Of a DNA stretch of 46,189 nucleotides, positions 9,628-19,986 are shown piece by piece. The DNA is from an uncultured Acidobacteriaceae bacterium. Its GTDB lineage: Bacteria; Acidobacteriota; Terriglobia; Terriglobales; Acidobacteriaceae. Positions within the stretch are counted from its first letter, which is position 1. Each line of letters opens with the position of its first letter. Made by a program: the position numbers and the translations under genes. Where the stretch lies: positions 1 through 46,189 of the forward strand of contig CAXTRN010000001.1 in assembly GCA_964246645.1 (NCBI GenBank). Direction: 5' to 3'. Under the pieces are notes generated by a model that saw only the letters and a program-made list of their open reading frames with translations, was not told the DNA's origin and ran no database searches.

Positions 9628-11241
9628 ATGTTTCACGCACGTACCCGAGCCTTGGCCATCTTGCCGGCGGCTCTTTTGACCTTTACCGCCCTTTCCGCGC
9701 ACCTGCGAGCGCAAGAAGCGAACCCCACGGCGGTAGCCCCCGGCGCACGCTCCGCTGACCTTGTCGCGGACACCCAGAACGGCATCTTCGTCTATCACGT
9801 CAAGGTCGTTCAACGCGATCTCGACGCCGTGAACTACCTGAACCGTTCCGGCTCCACCATGGTCGGCTTCGATGGCACCAACCTGATGCCCAAGGCGCAC
9901 GGCGAAGCCAAGGTCGATTCCAAAACCGGCAAAACGAACATTTCGGTGAAGTTCGAGGGCATGTCGCCCGCCAACGGCTTCGGTCCGGAGTATCTCACCT
10001 ATGTGCTTTGGGCGATCTCCGCCGACGGCCGCCCCGAAAATCTCGGTGAGTTGGAACTGGCCGGCAACAAGGCCAGCCTTGAGGTCACCTCGAACTTCCA
10101 GTCTTTCGGCATGATCGTGACTGCCGAGCCCTACTATGCCGTTTCCACGCCCAGCGACGTGATTGTGTTGCAAAATGTCTTCCGCAAAGACACGCAGGGC
10201 ATCCTGCAAGCAGTGAATATCCACTATTCCCTCTTGCCGCGCGGCCTTTACGCCAATACGGACGGGCGCAAATCCAACCCGGCGCCCATCACCGACCGCG
10301 AACATACGCCGCTTGCGCTTTTCGAGGCCTATAACGCACAACGCATCGCGCTGAACACCGGTGCCGACAAATATGCTCCGGACATCATGGCCGAGGTCAA
10401 CACCGACATCACCAACGCGCAGCAGATCCAGGACAGCAAGCACCGCGATGTGAAGTTGGAGTTTACTTCTGCCCGCCAAGCCGTGCAGCGCGCCGAAGAC
10501 GCCCGCATCACCACATTGCGCAAGCAGGCCAACGAGCGTCAGCAGCAAGCGCAGGATGCCAAAGTCGCCGCACAGCAACAGGCCGCGGCCTCGCGGCAGC
10601 AGGCAGAGCAGGCCCAACTGCAGGCGGCTCAGGCCCAGGCCGATGCCGACCGCGCCGCCGCGCAACGTGCCCAGGCCGAAGCGGCAAAAGCTCGCGCCGA
10701 TGCCGATGCTGCCAACGCCCGTGCTCAGGCAGCCGATGCGCAGCGCCAGGCTGATGCCGCCCAACAAAGCGTTGCGGCACTCCGCGCGAAACTATTGGCA
10801 CAGCTGAATGCCGTTCTACAAACGACAGAAACTCCGCGCGGCCTGGTCGTCAATCTCAACGACGTTCTCTTCGATACCGGCAAGTACACCTTGAAGCAAA
10901 ATACACAGGTATCCTTGGCCAAGGTCGCCACCATCCTCGAGCTTTACCAGGGCTTGAAGGTGCAGGTGGAGGGCTACACCGATTCCACCGGCTCGCCTTC
11001 TACCAACCAGAAGCTAAGTGAAAACCGCGCCGGGGCCGTGCAGAACTTCATGGTGAACAATGGTGTGCCGCAGAGCAACATCACCGCCGCGGGGTACGGC
11101 GCTACCGGCTTCGTTGCCGACAACAGCACTGCCGCCGGCCGCGCGCAAAACCGCCGCGTAGAGTTGGTCGTGTCCGGCCAGGCCATCGGTGTTGAAACCT
11201 CCACCAGCCCTGCAGCCGCAAGCGGGGCCGCGCAGCCGTAA
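9628..11241 (+). CDS. OmpA/MotB C-terminal domain protein with signal peptide and Ala/Gln-rich coiled coil
   Basis: DVLFDTGK, VQVEGYTDSTGS, NQKLSENRAGAV, GRAQNRRVELVV; AAGGAG RBS. Confidence 0.92.
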   Translation: MFHARTRALAILPAALLTFTALSAHLRAQEANPTAVAPGARSADLVADTQNGIFVYHVKVVQRDLDAVNYLNRSGSTMVGFDGTNLMPKAHGEAKVDSKTGKTNISVKFEGMSPANGFGPEYLTYVLWAISADGRPENLGELELAGNKASLEVTSNFQSFGMIVTAEPYYAVSTPSDVIVLQNVFRKDTQGILQAVNIHYSLLPRGLYANTDGRKSNPAPITDREHTPLALFEAYNAQRIALNTGADKYAPDIMAEVNTDITNAQQIQDSKHRDVKLEFTSARQAVQRAEDARITTLRKQANERQQQAQDAKVAAQQQAAASRQQAEQAQLQAAQAQADADRAAAQRAQAEAAKARADADAANARAQAADAQRQADAAQQSVAALRAKLLAQLNAVLQTTETPRGLVVNLNDVLFDTGKYTLKQNTQVSLAKVATILELYQGLKVQVEGYTDSTGSPSTNQKLSENRAGAVQNFMVNNGVPQSNITAAGYGATGFVADNSTAAGRAQNRRVELVVSGQAIGVETSTSPAAASGAAQP

Positions 11242-11259
11242 GCATCGCACCGGTAAACC

Positions 11260-11303
11260 GGCGTCTACAGGCCGCAGCGCGTCACCTGCGGCCTGTGGAC
11301 GCC
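11260..11303 (+). terminator. 18-bp GC-rich hairpin after the OmpA-family gene (terminator or mRNA stabiliser)
   Basis: GGCGTCTACAGGCCGCAG / CTGCGGCCTGTGGACGCC with one G-U pair and an 8-nt loop; no U-tract. Confidence 0.55.
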
Positions 11304-11380
11304 ACCCGGCACAACCACCTTCTGTAAGACTTCCAGCACGTATCGCGTTACACATTTGCTACGCATCGAAGGAGCCCAGT

Positions 11381-12157
11381 TTGGCTGAACTGCTTAAGAA
11401 CAAGACCGTTCTGATTACAGGCGCCAGCGGTGGCATCGGAGCGGCGACGGCGCGCGCCTTTGCCGGTCATGGCGCACGATTGCTGCTGTGTGCCCGACGC
11501 CTCGACAAATTGCAGGAGATGGAAACCGAACTACGCGATAAGGGTGCCGGCGATGTGTTTTATTTCGAACTGGATGTGCAAAATCGCGATGAGGTCGAGG
11601 GAACGCTGAACACCCTTCCCAGCGATTGGCGTGCGATCGACATTTTGATCAACAACGCCGGCCTCAGCCGCGGGCTCTCCAGGCTCTGGGAAGACGACGT
11701 GCAGAACTGGGAAGAGATGATCGATACCAACGTCAAAGGCCTGCTGTACGTGACGCGTACAGTGGTGCCCGGCATGGTCGAGCGTGGCCGCGGCCATGTC
11801 ATCAATCTCGGCTCCATCGCCGGTCACATGGTCTATCCCGGCGGGCATGTGTACTGCGCGACCAAAGCAGCCGAGCGCTCCATCACCGAGGGTTTGCGCA
11901 TCGACCTGAACGGCACGCCGGTCCGTGTCACGTCCATCGATCCCGGCATGGTCGAAACGGATTTCAGCAACATCCGCTTCCGCGGCGATGCCGAGCGGGC
12001 CAAGAAGGTGTACGCCGGCCTGGACCCCCTCACGCCCGAGGACATCGCAGAAACGATCGTCTGGGTCGCCAGCCAGCCAGCCCATGTAGAAATTCAAACA
12101 GTAGTTCTGACGCCCACGGCGCAGGCAAATGCATACGTGGTGAATCGCGCTTCCTAG
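11381..12157 (+). CDS. SDR family oxidoreductase (YdfG-like)
   Basis: ITGASGGIG, LINNAG, catalytic YCATK, IDPGMVETDFS. TTG start at 11381 follows GAAGGAG. Confidence 0.9.
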   Translation: MAELLKNKTVLITGASGGIGAATARAFAGHGARLLLCARRLDKLQEMETELRDKGAGDVFYFELDVQNRDEVEGTLNTLPSDWRAIDILINNAGLSRGLSRLWEDDVQNWEEMIDTNVKGLLYVTRTVVPGMVERGRGHVINLGSIAGHMVYPGGHVYCATKAAERSITEGLRIDLNGTPVRVTSIDPGMVETDFSNIRFRGDAERAKKVYAGLDPLTPEDIAETIVWVASQPAHVEIQTVVLTPTAQANAYVVNRAS

Positions 12158-12215
12158 TGTTACCTGCTGAAACATAACCCTATCAGCGAGGAACCCTGAA
12201 AAAGCTCAAGCAGCG

Positions 12216-12473
12216 CTACAGCTTCACTGACCAGCCCAGCTGTTCCAGCTCGCGTTCCAGCGTTGCCAATGCCTGTTCCAGCGCATTACGACGATGCGGG
12301 CTCGATGTTTGCTCGCTTAACACGCGTTCCCGCTGCATTTCCAGGCCTTGAATCCGCCGCTTGATCTCTGCATCATCGCGTCGTGCCGTAGCGACACCCT
12401 GTGCGGTCGCGCGCGCTTCAACTGCCTGTGCTTGCTGTTCTTCCACGTTTTTCGACTCCCAGCCCTTGGACAC
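12216..12473 (-). CDS. Small hypothetical coiled-coil protein
   Basis: (M)SKGWESKNVEEQQ...LEQALATLERELEQLG; GTG at 12473 after GGGGAGAG. Confidence 0.7.
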   Translation of the reverse strand: MSKGWESKNVEEQQAQAVEARATAQGVATARRDDAEIKRRIQGLEMQRERVLSEQTSSPHRRNALEQALATLERELEQLGWSVKL

Positions 12474-12490
12474 CGTGCTCTCCCCGCTCA

Positions 12491-13225
12491 CTATCGTTGC
12501 TGCCCGAAACGGTACACAATTCCCGCATTGATCCCAATATTATTCTGCACACTTCCACCGAAGGTCGTGCCGACATAGGTGGGCGAAACCCGAACGGCGA
12601 GGTTCGGGAAAAAGTTGTAATCCACATTGAAGTTTGCCGTAAACGCCGGCCGGAAGCCATCCTGCCAAAGCCCCACCTGCTGTCCGGTTAGCCCCTGCGC
12701 ACCGCCTGAAAAAAGGCCCCACACCACACCGCCGGTCCCCTTTACACTCAGTGCGACCTTTTCCTTCGCGTAAAAACGGTAGTTCACGCCACCGGTGAAG
12801 AAATATTCATTGATCTGTGGGCGAGGGATCTGCGGGTATAGCAAACCGAAGTTTTCGACCTGATACGCTCGGCCAAACGACCCACGTGCATCGCCCACCA
12901 CCGCCAGGCGTGGGGTGAGGTAACGGTCCGCCTCGGCTGCCCATGTCACTTCATTGTTCTTCCGGTTGGCCGGCCCACTCTTCCAACGCAGGTATCCACC
13001 CCCGCCAATGACCTCATAACGGTGGGCATACGTGTCGTGGATGGTGCGCTGAATACGCGCCTGCCGGCTTGCATTGGTTTCGCGACGCGATCGCCGTGGA
13101 GGCGTTTGCTTCCGTTGCGCTTCGCTCTTTCCCCATGCTCCACAAAGCAGCATCACAGCGGCCAGGCTGCCTACACTCCACCGCTGCATTCCCCACCGTC
13201 GACCGACGTGCAAACTTCCCACCAA
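12491..13225 (-). CDS. Hypothetical outer-membrane beta-barrel-like protein (start uncertain; alternative ATG at 13189)
   Basis: Signal-like N-terminus, alternating aromatic beta-strands, near-terminal GIVYRF. Confidence 0.72.
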   Translation of the reverse strand: MVGSLHVGRRWGMQRWSVGSLAAVMLLCGAWGKSEAQRKQTPPRRSRRETNASRQARIQRTIHDTYAHRYEVIGGGGYLRWKSGPANRKNNEVTWAAEADRYLTPRLAVVGDARGSFGRAYQVENFGLLYPQIPRPQINEYFFTGGVNYRFYAKEKVALSVKGTGGVVWGLFSGGAQGLTGQQVGLWQDGFRPAFTANFNVDYNFFPNLAVRVSPTYVGTTFGGSVQNNIGINAGIVYRFGQQR

Positions 13226-13389
13226 AGCAAAACTCCCGCACCTGCACTTGCAGCCGAAGCCACAACTTCTATTAGAACATCCGTACCGTCCTTATAGAAG
13301 CGAGGCCAACGCGGAGCGGCGTTGGCCGGCCTGCCGCAAACAGTGGCAAACGATGCAGCTACGTTCATATCCCGATCCGCAATGCACAT

Positions 13390-14016
13390 TCAGTTCGAAG
13401 CGATATTTACCGCTTCATGCTTGTAGCGTCCGTCCTCCAATAGTTGGAGCATGAAGGCGGCCACATCCGCACGGGTGATTTTGTGCGCCGTTTTTCCGCT
13501 GCCCCGTTCAAAGGTCAGCACCTTGCCGGTCGCTTTGCCGTCGACCAGATGTCCCGGACGGACAAGCGTCCACTCGAGCCCGCTCGCTTCCACCACCGGC
13601 TCCATTCTTTCTTTGTCCTGCATGGCGCCGCGCAGCAGTGTCGGCATAATCAGGTGCTCGTACCAGCTCGGCACCAGTTCCTCCGTGCCGCCCACCCCGA
13701 TTGCGGAGATCACCAGCAGGCGTTTGACATCATGTAGGCGCATCGCGGCAATGACATTGCGCGCCGCATTGGTTTCGAGCGAGGTTTCTTTCCAGGGCGT
13801 GTGGCCGCCAAGCGCATCGAGCACCGCATCCTGGCCAGCCACCGCCGCGTTCACCGCCGCGCTGTCGAGCACATCCCCTTCGATCACGCGAGCGCCATCG
13901 CCCGTGAACTCCGCTGCACTGTGCACAAACGCCGTCACCGTGTGGCCTGCCGCCAGCGCCTGTTTTACGATCGCTTCCCCCGTTTTGCCCGCCGCGCCAA
14001 TCACAAGAATCTTCAT
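13390..14016 (-). CDS. NAD(P)H-binding atypical SDR (flavin/biliverdin reductase B-like)
   Basis: MKILVIGAAGKTG, GQDAVLDALG, SGLEWTLVRPG, ITRADVAAFML; start at ATG 14016 after GAGGGG. Confidence 0.88.
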   Translation of the reverse strand: MKILVIGAAGKTGEAIVKQALAAGHTVTAFVHSAAEFTGDGARVIEGDVLDSAAVNAAVAGQDAVLDALGGHTPWKETSLETNAARNVIAAMRLHDVKRLLVISAIGVGGTEELVPSWYEHLIMPTLLRGAMQDKERMEPVVEASGLEWTLVRPGHLVDGKATGKVLTFERGSGKTAHKITRADVAAFMLQLLEDGRYKHEAVNIASN

Positions 14017-14100
14017 CGCTTCCCCTCGCCCGATTGGATGCATCGTCGTTTGGAAATAGCCACCCTGCCCCGAACCATGCCATGCAGTCCAGCGCTGCCC

Positions 14101-14129
14101 TTGCCCCCAACCTGCGCTTCCGCTACCCT
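14101..14129 (+). promoter_or_regulatory. Putative sigma70 promoter for a leaderless transcript
   Basis: TTGCCC-17 nt-TACCCT, ending 8 nt before ATG 14138, which has no SD. Confidence 0.45.
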
Positions 14130-14137
14130 GAAATCCT

Positions 14138-14608
14138 ATGTATGAGGACTTCGTCGCCACGGATCGCTGGACGGAAGAGGCACTGCACTGCGTTTGGAAG
14201 GGCACCCTGGTGGCCATCGCGACCCGCCATGCCGATGCCACCGACATTCGTTTCAGTGTGAACGAGCGCCCGCTGTGGATTGCCATGCCCAATACCGCAT
14301 GGATCGAACAGAAGCGCCAAAACGGCAAGGTCATCACCGATTACCTGGCCGCGCAAGCTGCCGGACGTTACCTCAAAACGGCGATCGAAAGCGGCTACGA
14401 TAACGGCCGCGAACTCTACACCATGACCGTGGCCGAGGTGCTGCACCACGTGGCTGCCGTGGTCAAAGAGGCCGGTGGAGTCGACGCCCTACCCGCGCTG
14501 CCTGTCATCAATGCGGACGCACACCCGGCCGAGATGGACTTCAAGCTGCCTGAAGAACGGCACACCGCGGCACAATCGGACGGGCTCACTACCCCCTCTC
14601 GCCCCTAG
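14138..14608 (+). CDS. Hypothetical protein
   Basis: GC3-rich codon usage, divergent from the SDR gene, promoter-like sequence directly upstream. Confidence 0.78.
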   Translation: MYEDFVATDRWTEEALHCVWKGTLVAIATRHADATDIRFSVNERPLWIAMPNTAWIEQKRQNGKVITDYLAAQAAGRYLKTAIESGYDNGRELYTMTVAEVLHHVAAVVKEAGGVDALPALPVINADAHPAEMDFKLPEERHTAAQSDGLTTPSRP

Positions 14609-14697
14609 CCTCAACGCTTGCCAACGAAACCTTCCCTTTCCGACTAAATTTCGTTCTGTGCGCGCAGAGTCGCGTTTATCCGATACACTCGACCGTC

Positions 14698-15891
14698 ATG
14701 CTGACCCACAGGATGCCACGGCGTCGATTTTTGCAAACGGCACTCGCCGCAGCCGCTTACCAAACCACCCGCACCTGGGCCCAAGCGGGTGACAGTCACT
14801 CCTGGGTGCTTCTTGGCCCGGTTACCGGAGAAGGCATCTTTCGCGCACGCTGGGACAGCGCAACCGGCGAACTCGGCGCGCCCGAACTGGCCGTCGCCAC
14901 CCCAAATCCAACCTTTCTCGCGCGGCACCCCCGCCTGCCCATCATCTATGCCGCCAATGAGGGCGATGGCGACGCCGCTGCCGTTTCCGCCTTCGCGGTC
15001 GATCGCCTGCGGGGCACCCTCACGACCCTGGGCCAAGCCCCAACCCACGGCAACGCCCCCTGCTTCGTCTCCGTAGACCGAACGGGACGTCTGCTCTTCA
15101 CCGCAAACTACAGCGGCGGCAGCCTTTCCGGATTTCGGCTGGACGCGGCGGGTAAACCCAGCGCCGTCGCCGATGTGTTTGCCTGCGCCGGCAACGCGCT
15201 GTGCGGAAAATTAGGACCGCAGGCCGACCGTCAGGACGCCTCCCATTTCCACTGCGCCGTCCTTTCGCCGGACAATCGCTTCGTTCTTGCTTGCGATCTA
15301 GGCGAAGACGACCTGCTGATCTTTCCGCTCACGCCAAACGCCGAGCGCTCCTTCGGCGACCCGCTGCGGGTGCCGATGCGCGCCGGTTCCGGGCCGCGCC
15401 ACCTCGCCTTTCACCCCAACGGGCGCTGGTTTTACTGCACCCATGAACTCGACTGCACCGTCGATCTGTACCGTTGGCGCGTGCGTGGGCGGCATGCCGA
15501 GGCAATCCCGGTACCGGAAAGTACGGTATCGCTCTTGCCTGTGAACCCAAGTGCTGCAACGGCGACGCCCGCGTCTGGCCAGCTAAACACCGCTGCGGAG
15601 CTTGCCCTCAGCCGCGATGGCCGCTTTCTTTACGCCAGCACGCGCGGCGCTGACCTGCTTACCGGCTTTCGCATCGATGCCGTAACAGGCCGGTTGACCT
15701 TGCTGCAACAACTGGACTGCGGCGGGCGCACACCCCGCTTCTTCGCTCTTGATCCCGAAGAGCGCTGGCTGCTCTGCGCACACCAGAACGGTAACTCGGT
15801 CACCACCTTTGCGCGCGATCCACAAACCGGCAAACTCACTCCCCAATCAACCCGCGCAGTAACGAATCCGCAGTACCTTCTATGGCTTTAA
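14698..15891 (+). CDS. Lactonase family (Pgl/YbhE beta-propeller) protein with twin-arginine signal
   Basis: PRRRFLQ Tat motif; NPTFLA, TANYSGGSLS, RQDASHFH, GSGPRHLAFHP, GGRTPRFFAL. Confidence 0.9.
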   Translation: MLTHRMPRRRFLQTALAAAAYQTTRTWAQAGDSHSWVLLGPVTGEGIFRARWDSATGELGAPELAVATPNPTFLARHPRLPIIYAANEGDGDAAAVSAFAVDRLRGTLTTLGQAPTHGNAPCFVSVDRTGRLLFTANYSGGSLSGFRLDAAGKPSAVADVFACAGNALCGKLGPQADRQDASHFHCAVLSPDNRFVLACDLGEDDLLIFPLTPNAERSFGDPLRVPMRAGSGPRHLAFHPNGRWFYCTHELDCTVDLYRWRVRGRHAEAIPVPESTVSLLPVNPSAATATPASGQLNTAAELALSRDGRFLYASTRGADLLTGFRIDAVTGRLTLLQQLDCGGRTPRFFALDPEERWLLCAHQNGNSVTTFARDPQTGKLTPQSTRAVTNPQYLLWL

Positions 15892-15919
15892 CTCCGCAAA
15901 GGACCCTATAAACGAGGGA

Positions 15920-15954
15920 AGGTTTCCGGCATGCGTTTTGCACGCCGGAAACCT
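15920..15954. terminator. Likely bidirectional terminator hairpin between convergent genes
   Basis: AGGTTTCCGGC / GCCGGAAACCT inverted repeat. Confidence 0.6.
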
Positions 15955-16014
15955 CACCCGTTCCATCGACAAAGCACAGGTTTACAAGGAAGACCAAGGC
16001 CAGAGCCCCAGCAC

Positions 16015-17067
16015 TTACGACTGCCGGAGCGTGGCATTGTCCAGCACGAAGCGATATTTCACATCGCCCTTCAGCACTCGGTCGTAAGCCTCGTTCACCT
16101 TGTCATAGGCGATCACTTCCACATCCGCGGCAATCTTGTTGTCCGCGCAGTAGTCCAACATCTCCTGCGTTTCCTTCATGCCGCCGATGCCCGAGCCGGC
16201 CAGGGACCGGCGATTGGCGATGACGGAGAACGGCTGCACCGTCAACGGCACCTCAGGAATCCCCACCAGGCAGAGCGTGCCATTCAGCCGCAACTGTCCC
16301 AGCAGCGCATTCATATCATGCGGCGCGGAAACACAGTCGAGAATGAAATCGAAGCTGCCGGCATGCTTGCTCATCTGCGCCTTGTCGTTAGAGAGAATGA
16401 CTTCATCGGCGCCGAGTTTTTTCGCATCGGCCACTTTGCTTTCCGACGTTGTGAACTGCACCACGTGGGCCCCAAAGGCGTGCGCAAACTTCAATCCCAG
16501 ATGGCCAAGGCCACCCAGGCCCACGATGCCGACCTTCATGTTCGGTCCCACGCCCCAGTGCCGCAATGGCGAGTAGGTCGTGATGCCCGCACACAACAGC
16601 GGCGCCGTGCCGGCGAGGTCGATTCCCGGCTTCAGCGTGTGTACAAAGTGCTCCGGCGTGACGATATTGTCGGCATACCCGCCCATCGTCCGCGTGCCGT
16701 CTCGCAGCACCGCGTTGTAGGTATCGCGCGCGCCACCATTTGAGCAATAATTCTCGAGATCACCCTTGCAATTGTCGCAGTCAAGGCAGCTCTCAACGAT
16801 GACGCCTACCGCCGCCGCATCGCCCACCTTAAACCGCGTCACGGCACTGCCGACGGCCCTCACCGTGCCGACAATCTCGTGCCCCGGCACCATGGGATAC
16901 AGCTTCGAACCCCACTCGCCGCGTACCTGATGAATATCCGAGTGGCAAATGCCGCAGTACCGGATCGCCAGCACAACATCGTGAGGGCCGGGCTCCCGGC
17001 GTTCGAACGAATATGGGGCGACCGGCGTGGTTTCTGACTGAGCGGCGTATCCAAAGCTTTGCGTCAT
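16015..17067 (-). CDS. Zn-dependent NAD(P) alcohol/aldehyde dehydrogenase (YahK/AdhC-like)
   Basis: CGICHSD, PGHEIVG, four-Cys structural Zn site, PLLCAGITTYSPL, GLGGLG. Confidence 0.93.
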   Translation of the reverse strand: MTQSFGYAAQSETTPVAPYSFERREPGPHDVVLAIRYCGICHSDIHQVRGEWGSKLYPMVPGHEIVGTVRAVGSAVTRFKVGDAAAVGVIVESCLDCDNCKGDLENYCSNGGARDTYNAVLRDGTRTMGGYADNIVTPEHFVHTLKPGIDLAGTAPLLCAGITTYSPLRHWGVGPNMKVGIVGLGGLGHLGLKFAHAFGAHVVQFTTSESKVADAKKLGADEVILSNDKAQMSKHAGSFDFILDCVSAPHDMNALLGQLRLNGTLCLVGIPEVPLTVQPFSVIANRRSLAGSGIGGMKETQEMLDYCADNKIAADVEVIAYDKVNEAYDRVLKGDVKYRFVLDNATLRQS

Positions 17068-17146
17068 GATGTCCTCACGCGGTTGGATGCGGAAGGGCGA
17101 TCGCTCGGCAGCATGTGCGCCATCGCGGTACGTGTCTTCACCAGCA

Positions 17147-18211
17147 TCAGCGCAGGTTGAAGTTAACCGTGACCGTTGTGTTCACCCTTACCGGCTGACC
17201 ATTGAGCAAATATGGTTTGTACTGCCATTGCCGCACCGCTGTCATGGCGGCGATGGCGAAATCGACAGTCGGAGTCGATAAAGGTACCAGGTATTCAATC
17301 AGACCATCTTCTCCGATCGTGACACTCAGCAGCACGGTCCCAGAGACATGCGCAGACCGCGCGGAATCAGGATAGATAGGAGCAATGCTGTGCGTCTTCC
17401 GGCCAGCGACCACAGCACCTGAAAGCCGTACGCTCTTAGCACTGGCAACCAACTCCGGCGTTGGATCAAATTCGCCCGGCTCGGGCGTGTAGGCTTTTAA
17501 CTCAACGACCTTGGCCCTGGCGAGAAGCGCTGAACTCTGTCGCACAGAAACATTCATTGCGACACTGTGATCTAGAAACCTTTCTTGATTGGAAGTCGAG
17601 ATCGTCCAGCTGCCAAGGTTATAGCTCGCCGCAATCTGTCCATCATCCGTTAGGCAATAGGTCGGGAACAGCCCTAAAGGAGCTACCTGTCCAGCCGGAA
17701 GCGTTCGGGCCAACATGATGCAATCGAGAGTTACTTTCCCAATAGTTTGCTTGTGTAACTCCGGCAGTGTTCCATTCAACGCTTGAACAGACGGTCCGGG
17801 ATGCAGAATGGCAAGGAATGCGTCCCGAACCGCGTCGGGGATCGGATCGCCTTCCTGCACGCGATATTGTTTATCGTCGACGTTAAGCTCTGTCAGCTTA
17901 GTATTTCCTACCAGATACACCGTCCGGGACTTCCCGGCGTCCTGCCAGCGTTCGATCGTTCCGACAGGGCCCGGCTGCTTGTTTTTGTCGGGTACATCAA
18001 TCTGAACCTTCATATGCCAAGGCCGCTGGTACACCGATTCCAGGGATGACATATCCGTAGCGGTTAAAAGCTGTGAAGATGCCGAAACACCTTGCCCTTT
18101 CATCGATGCCGGCGCAAAAGCGACCGTCAGCAAGAGGGCCAAACTCTGCAGGCTCAGTGAAAAACAGCGGGACGATCTACTCTGCGTAGTGCAACAAGCT
18201 GAACACGTCAT
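17147..18211 (-). CDS. Secreted protein with C-terminal TonB_C domain (start uncertain)
   Basis: [26 protein letters not shown]...[27 protein letters not shown]. The ORF-track start overlaps apt, so the true start is probably downstream. Confidence 0.82.
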   Translation of the reverse strand: MTCSACCTTQSRSSRCFSLSLQSLALLLTVAFAPASMKGQGVSASSQLLTATDMSSLESVYQRPWHMKVQIDVPDKNKQPGPVGTIERWQDAGKSRTVYLVGNTKLTELNVDDKQYRVQEGDPIPDAVRDAFLAILHPGPSVQALNGTLPELHKQTIGKVTLDCIMLARTLPAGQVAPLGLFPTYCLTDDGQIAASYNLGSWTISTSNQERFLDHSVAMNVSVRQSSALLARAKVVELKAYTPEPGEFDPTPELVASAKSVRLSGAVVAGRKTHSIAPIYPDSARSAHVSGTVLLSVTIGEDGLIEYLVPLSTPTVDFAIAAMTAVRQWQYKPYLLNGQPVRVNTTVTVNFNLR

Positions 18212-18713
18212 GTCCCGTCAGCTTATTTCTTCCGTTTAGAAAGTCAAGCTCAATTGCAAATGCAATGCCGGCAACTGTGCCGCCGAGCTGCTGTACCAAC
18301 TGCACCGTCGCGGCCATTGTACCGCCGGTCGCCAACAGATCGTCCACCAGCAACACCCGTTGGCCTGGCTGTACGGCATCGCGGTGCAATTCCAGCGCGT
18401 CGGAGCCGTATTCCAGGTCGTAGCTGACCTTTGCTGTCTCGGCGGGCAGCTTCTTCGGCTTGCGTACCGGAACAAATCCCGCGTTCAACTGGTACGCGAT
18501 CGCGGGCGCAAAGATAAATCCCCGCGCCTCCGTGCCCAGCACCAGATCGATTTGCTGGCCCTCATAATGCGCCACAAAGGCATCGATCAGTTGCCGAAAA
18601 CCGGCTTTGTCCTTCAACAGCGTCGTGATGTCGTAAAAGAGGATGCCCGGCTTGGGAAAATCGGGAATGGTGCGGATGAGCGCCTTGAGCGGCTCGCAAT
18701 CGATGTCAGCCAT
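18177..18713 (-). CDS. apt: Adenine phosphoribosyltransferase
   Basis: [43 protein letters not shown]. Confidence 0.97.
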   Translation of the reverse strand: MADIDCEPLKALIRTIPDFPKPGILFYDITTLLKDKAGFRQLIDAFVAHYEGQQIDLVLGTEARGFIFAPAIAYQLNAGFVPVRKPKKLPAETAKVSYDLEYGSDALELHRDAVQPGQRVLLVDDLLATGGTMAATVQLVQQLGGTVAGIAFAIELDFLNGRNKLTGHDVFSLLHYAE

Positions 18714-18775
18714 GGGGTATTGCTGCTTTCCTGTTCTAAATTGTTCTGAATTCCGAATTTTATGTCCGAATCGCG

Positions 18776-19057
18776 CTACCAGGCCCCTTCGATCTGGAAT
18801 GGCCCAAGCGCGTCAGCCTCGGCTTCCGCCAGTTCGTGCTCGACGACCGCGTCGACACGGCTGCCGCGCGATCCTTTTCGTAGTTCCGCCCTCAGTTCGG
18901 CAAGCGCTTCCGCACTGCCTGCGGCCACTACCTCCACCTCACCGCGGTCGGTGTTGCGCACCGTGCCTCGCAATCCCAGTTCCGCCGCTTCCCGATGCAC
19001 AAACCAACGGAAGCCGACGCCCTGAACGCGTCCTTGCACCAAAAAATGCGACACCAT
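18776..19057 (-). CDS. acyP: Acylphosphatase
   Basis: GRVQGVGFR and [13 protein letters not shown]; start at ATG 19057 (alternative 19081). Confidence 0.92.
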   Translation of the reverse strand: MVSHFLVQGRVQGVGFRWFVHREAAELGLRGTVRNTDRGEVEVVAAGSAEALAELRAELRKGSRGSRVDAVVEHELAEAEADALGPFQIEGAW

Positions 19058-19287
19058 GAACAGATAGTGTCGCAGAACCATCCACAGCAAGCAAGTGTGA
19101 ATATCCGGAGCAAAAAAAAGACAACCTAGCCCTGTCTCGTCGCGTCTGTTATTCAAGAACACGTTTTCCGGCCAACAGCACCTCTTGCTCGAGCTGTTGC
19201 TTCACTTTCGTGAGAAGCCGAGTCATCACAGGGTACCTGCGAGCACTCGCCCTTTTCCTGACACACTTCTGAGGAGATTCAAAAATC

Positions 19288-19953
19288 ATGCCCCTTCTTC
19301 GTCGCACACTTCCCACACTCTTGGCGCTGACGGCAGTTTCCGCCCAGGCGCAGTATCTCAAGAACCATGGGGCAAGCTTGTCCGTCGGAGGAACCGGACA
19401 GTTCAGCACAATCCTTGAATCCAATAACGGGTATGTGAACAACACCTATGCCATCCCGAATGGATCGCACACCGACCAGGTCTTTAATCAGCAGCAGTTC
19501 ACCACCTGGTCCGCGGGGTTTGTTTCTTCGCTGCAATTGCACCCGAAGCCCTGGGCGGGTATTGCGTTGAACTACGGTTTCAACCATTACCAGGAGCGCT
19601 ACGTTTATAACCTTACCGACAGCACCACCCCGGGTGAAACCCGCGTCACAACCGATGTGCATGAGTTCACGGGCGGCTACCTCTTCCACCCCAAGCACAT
19701 CCCCTTCCAGCCCTATCTCGAAGTCGGCGGCGGCGCACTGGACTTTACCCCGGCGCTCGCTTCAAACCAGATCCGTGGTGCCGGTCTGCTTGAAGCCGGT
19801 TTCGACATCCCGACCGGCGATAAGCACATCGCCTTCCGCGTTTCCGGCCGTTCGCTCTACTACCGTGCGCCGAACTTCTATCAGCCCGCCATCAGCACCA
19901 AAGCATGGCGCGCCACGGAAGAGCCCGCCATCAGCGCCGTGTATCGCTTCTAG
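19288..19953 (+). CDS. Hypothetical outer-membrane beta-barrel protein
   Basis: Signal peptide ending AQA, FQPYLEVGGGAL, terminal AVYRF; GAGGAG RBS. Confidence 0.78.
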   Translation: MPLLRRTLPTLLALTAVSAQAQYLKNHGASLSVGGTGQFSTILESNNGYVNNTYAIPNGSHTDQVFNQQQFTTWSAGFVSSLQLHPKPWAGIALNYGFNHYQERYVYNLTDSTTPGETRVTTDVHEFTGGYLFHPKHIPFQPYLEVGGGALDFTPALASNQIRGAGLLEAGFDIPTGDKHIAFRVSGRSLYYRAPNFYQPAISTKAWRATEEPAISAVYRF

Positions 19954-19986
19954 TTCCGCTAGTTCACCGAACGCCGCTTAGAGGAA

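Noticed and set aside
9607-10767. Long antisense ORFs (e.g. 9607-10767, 3783-4730, 977-1762, 44967-45968)
   Set aside because: Shadow frames of well-supported genes, as expected in GC-rich DNA.
19055-19081. MVLRHYLF preceding MVSHFLV at the acyP start, resembling a short duplication
   Set aside because: Similarity is too short to distinguish from chance; it only affects start choice.
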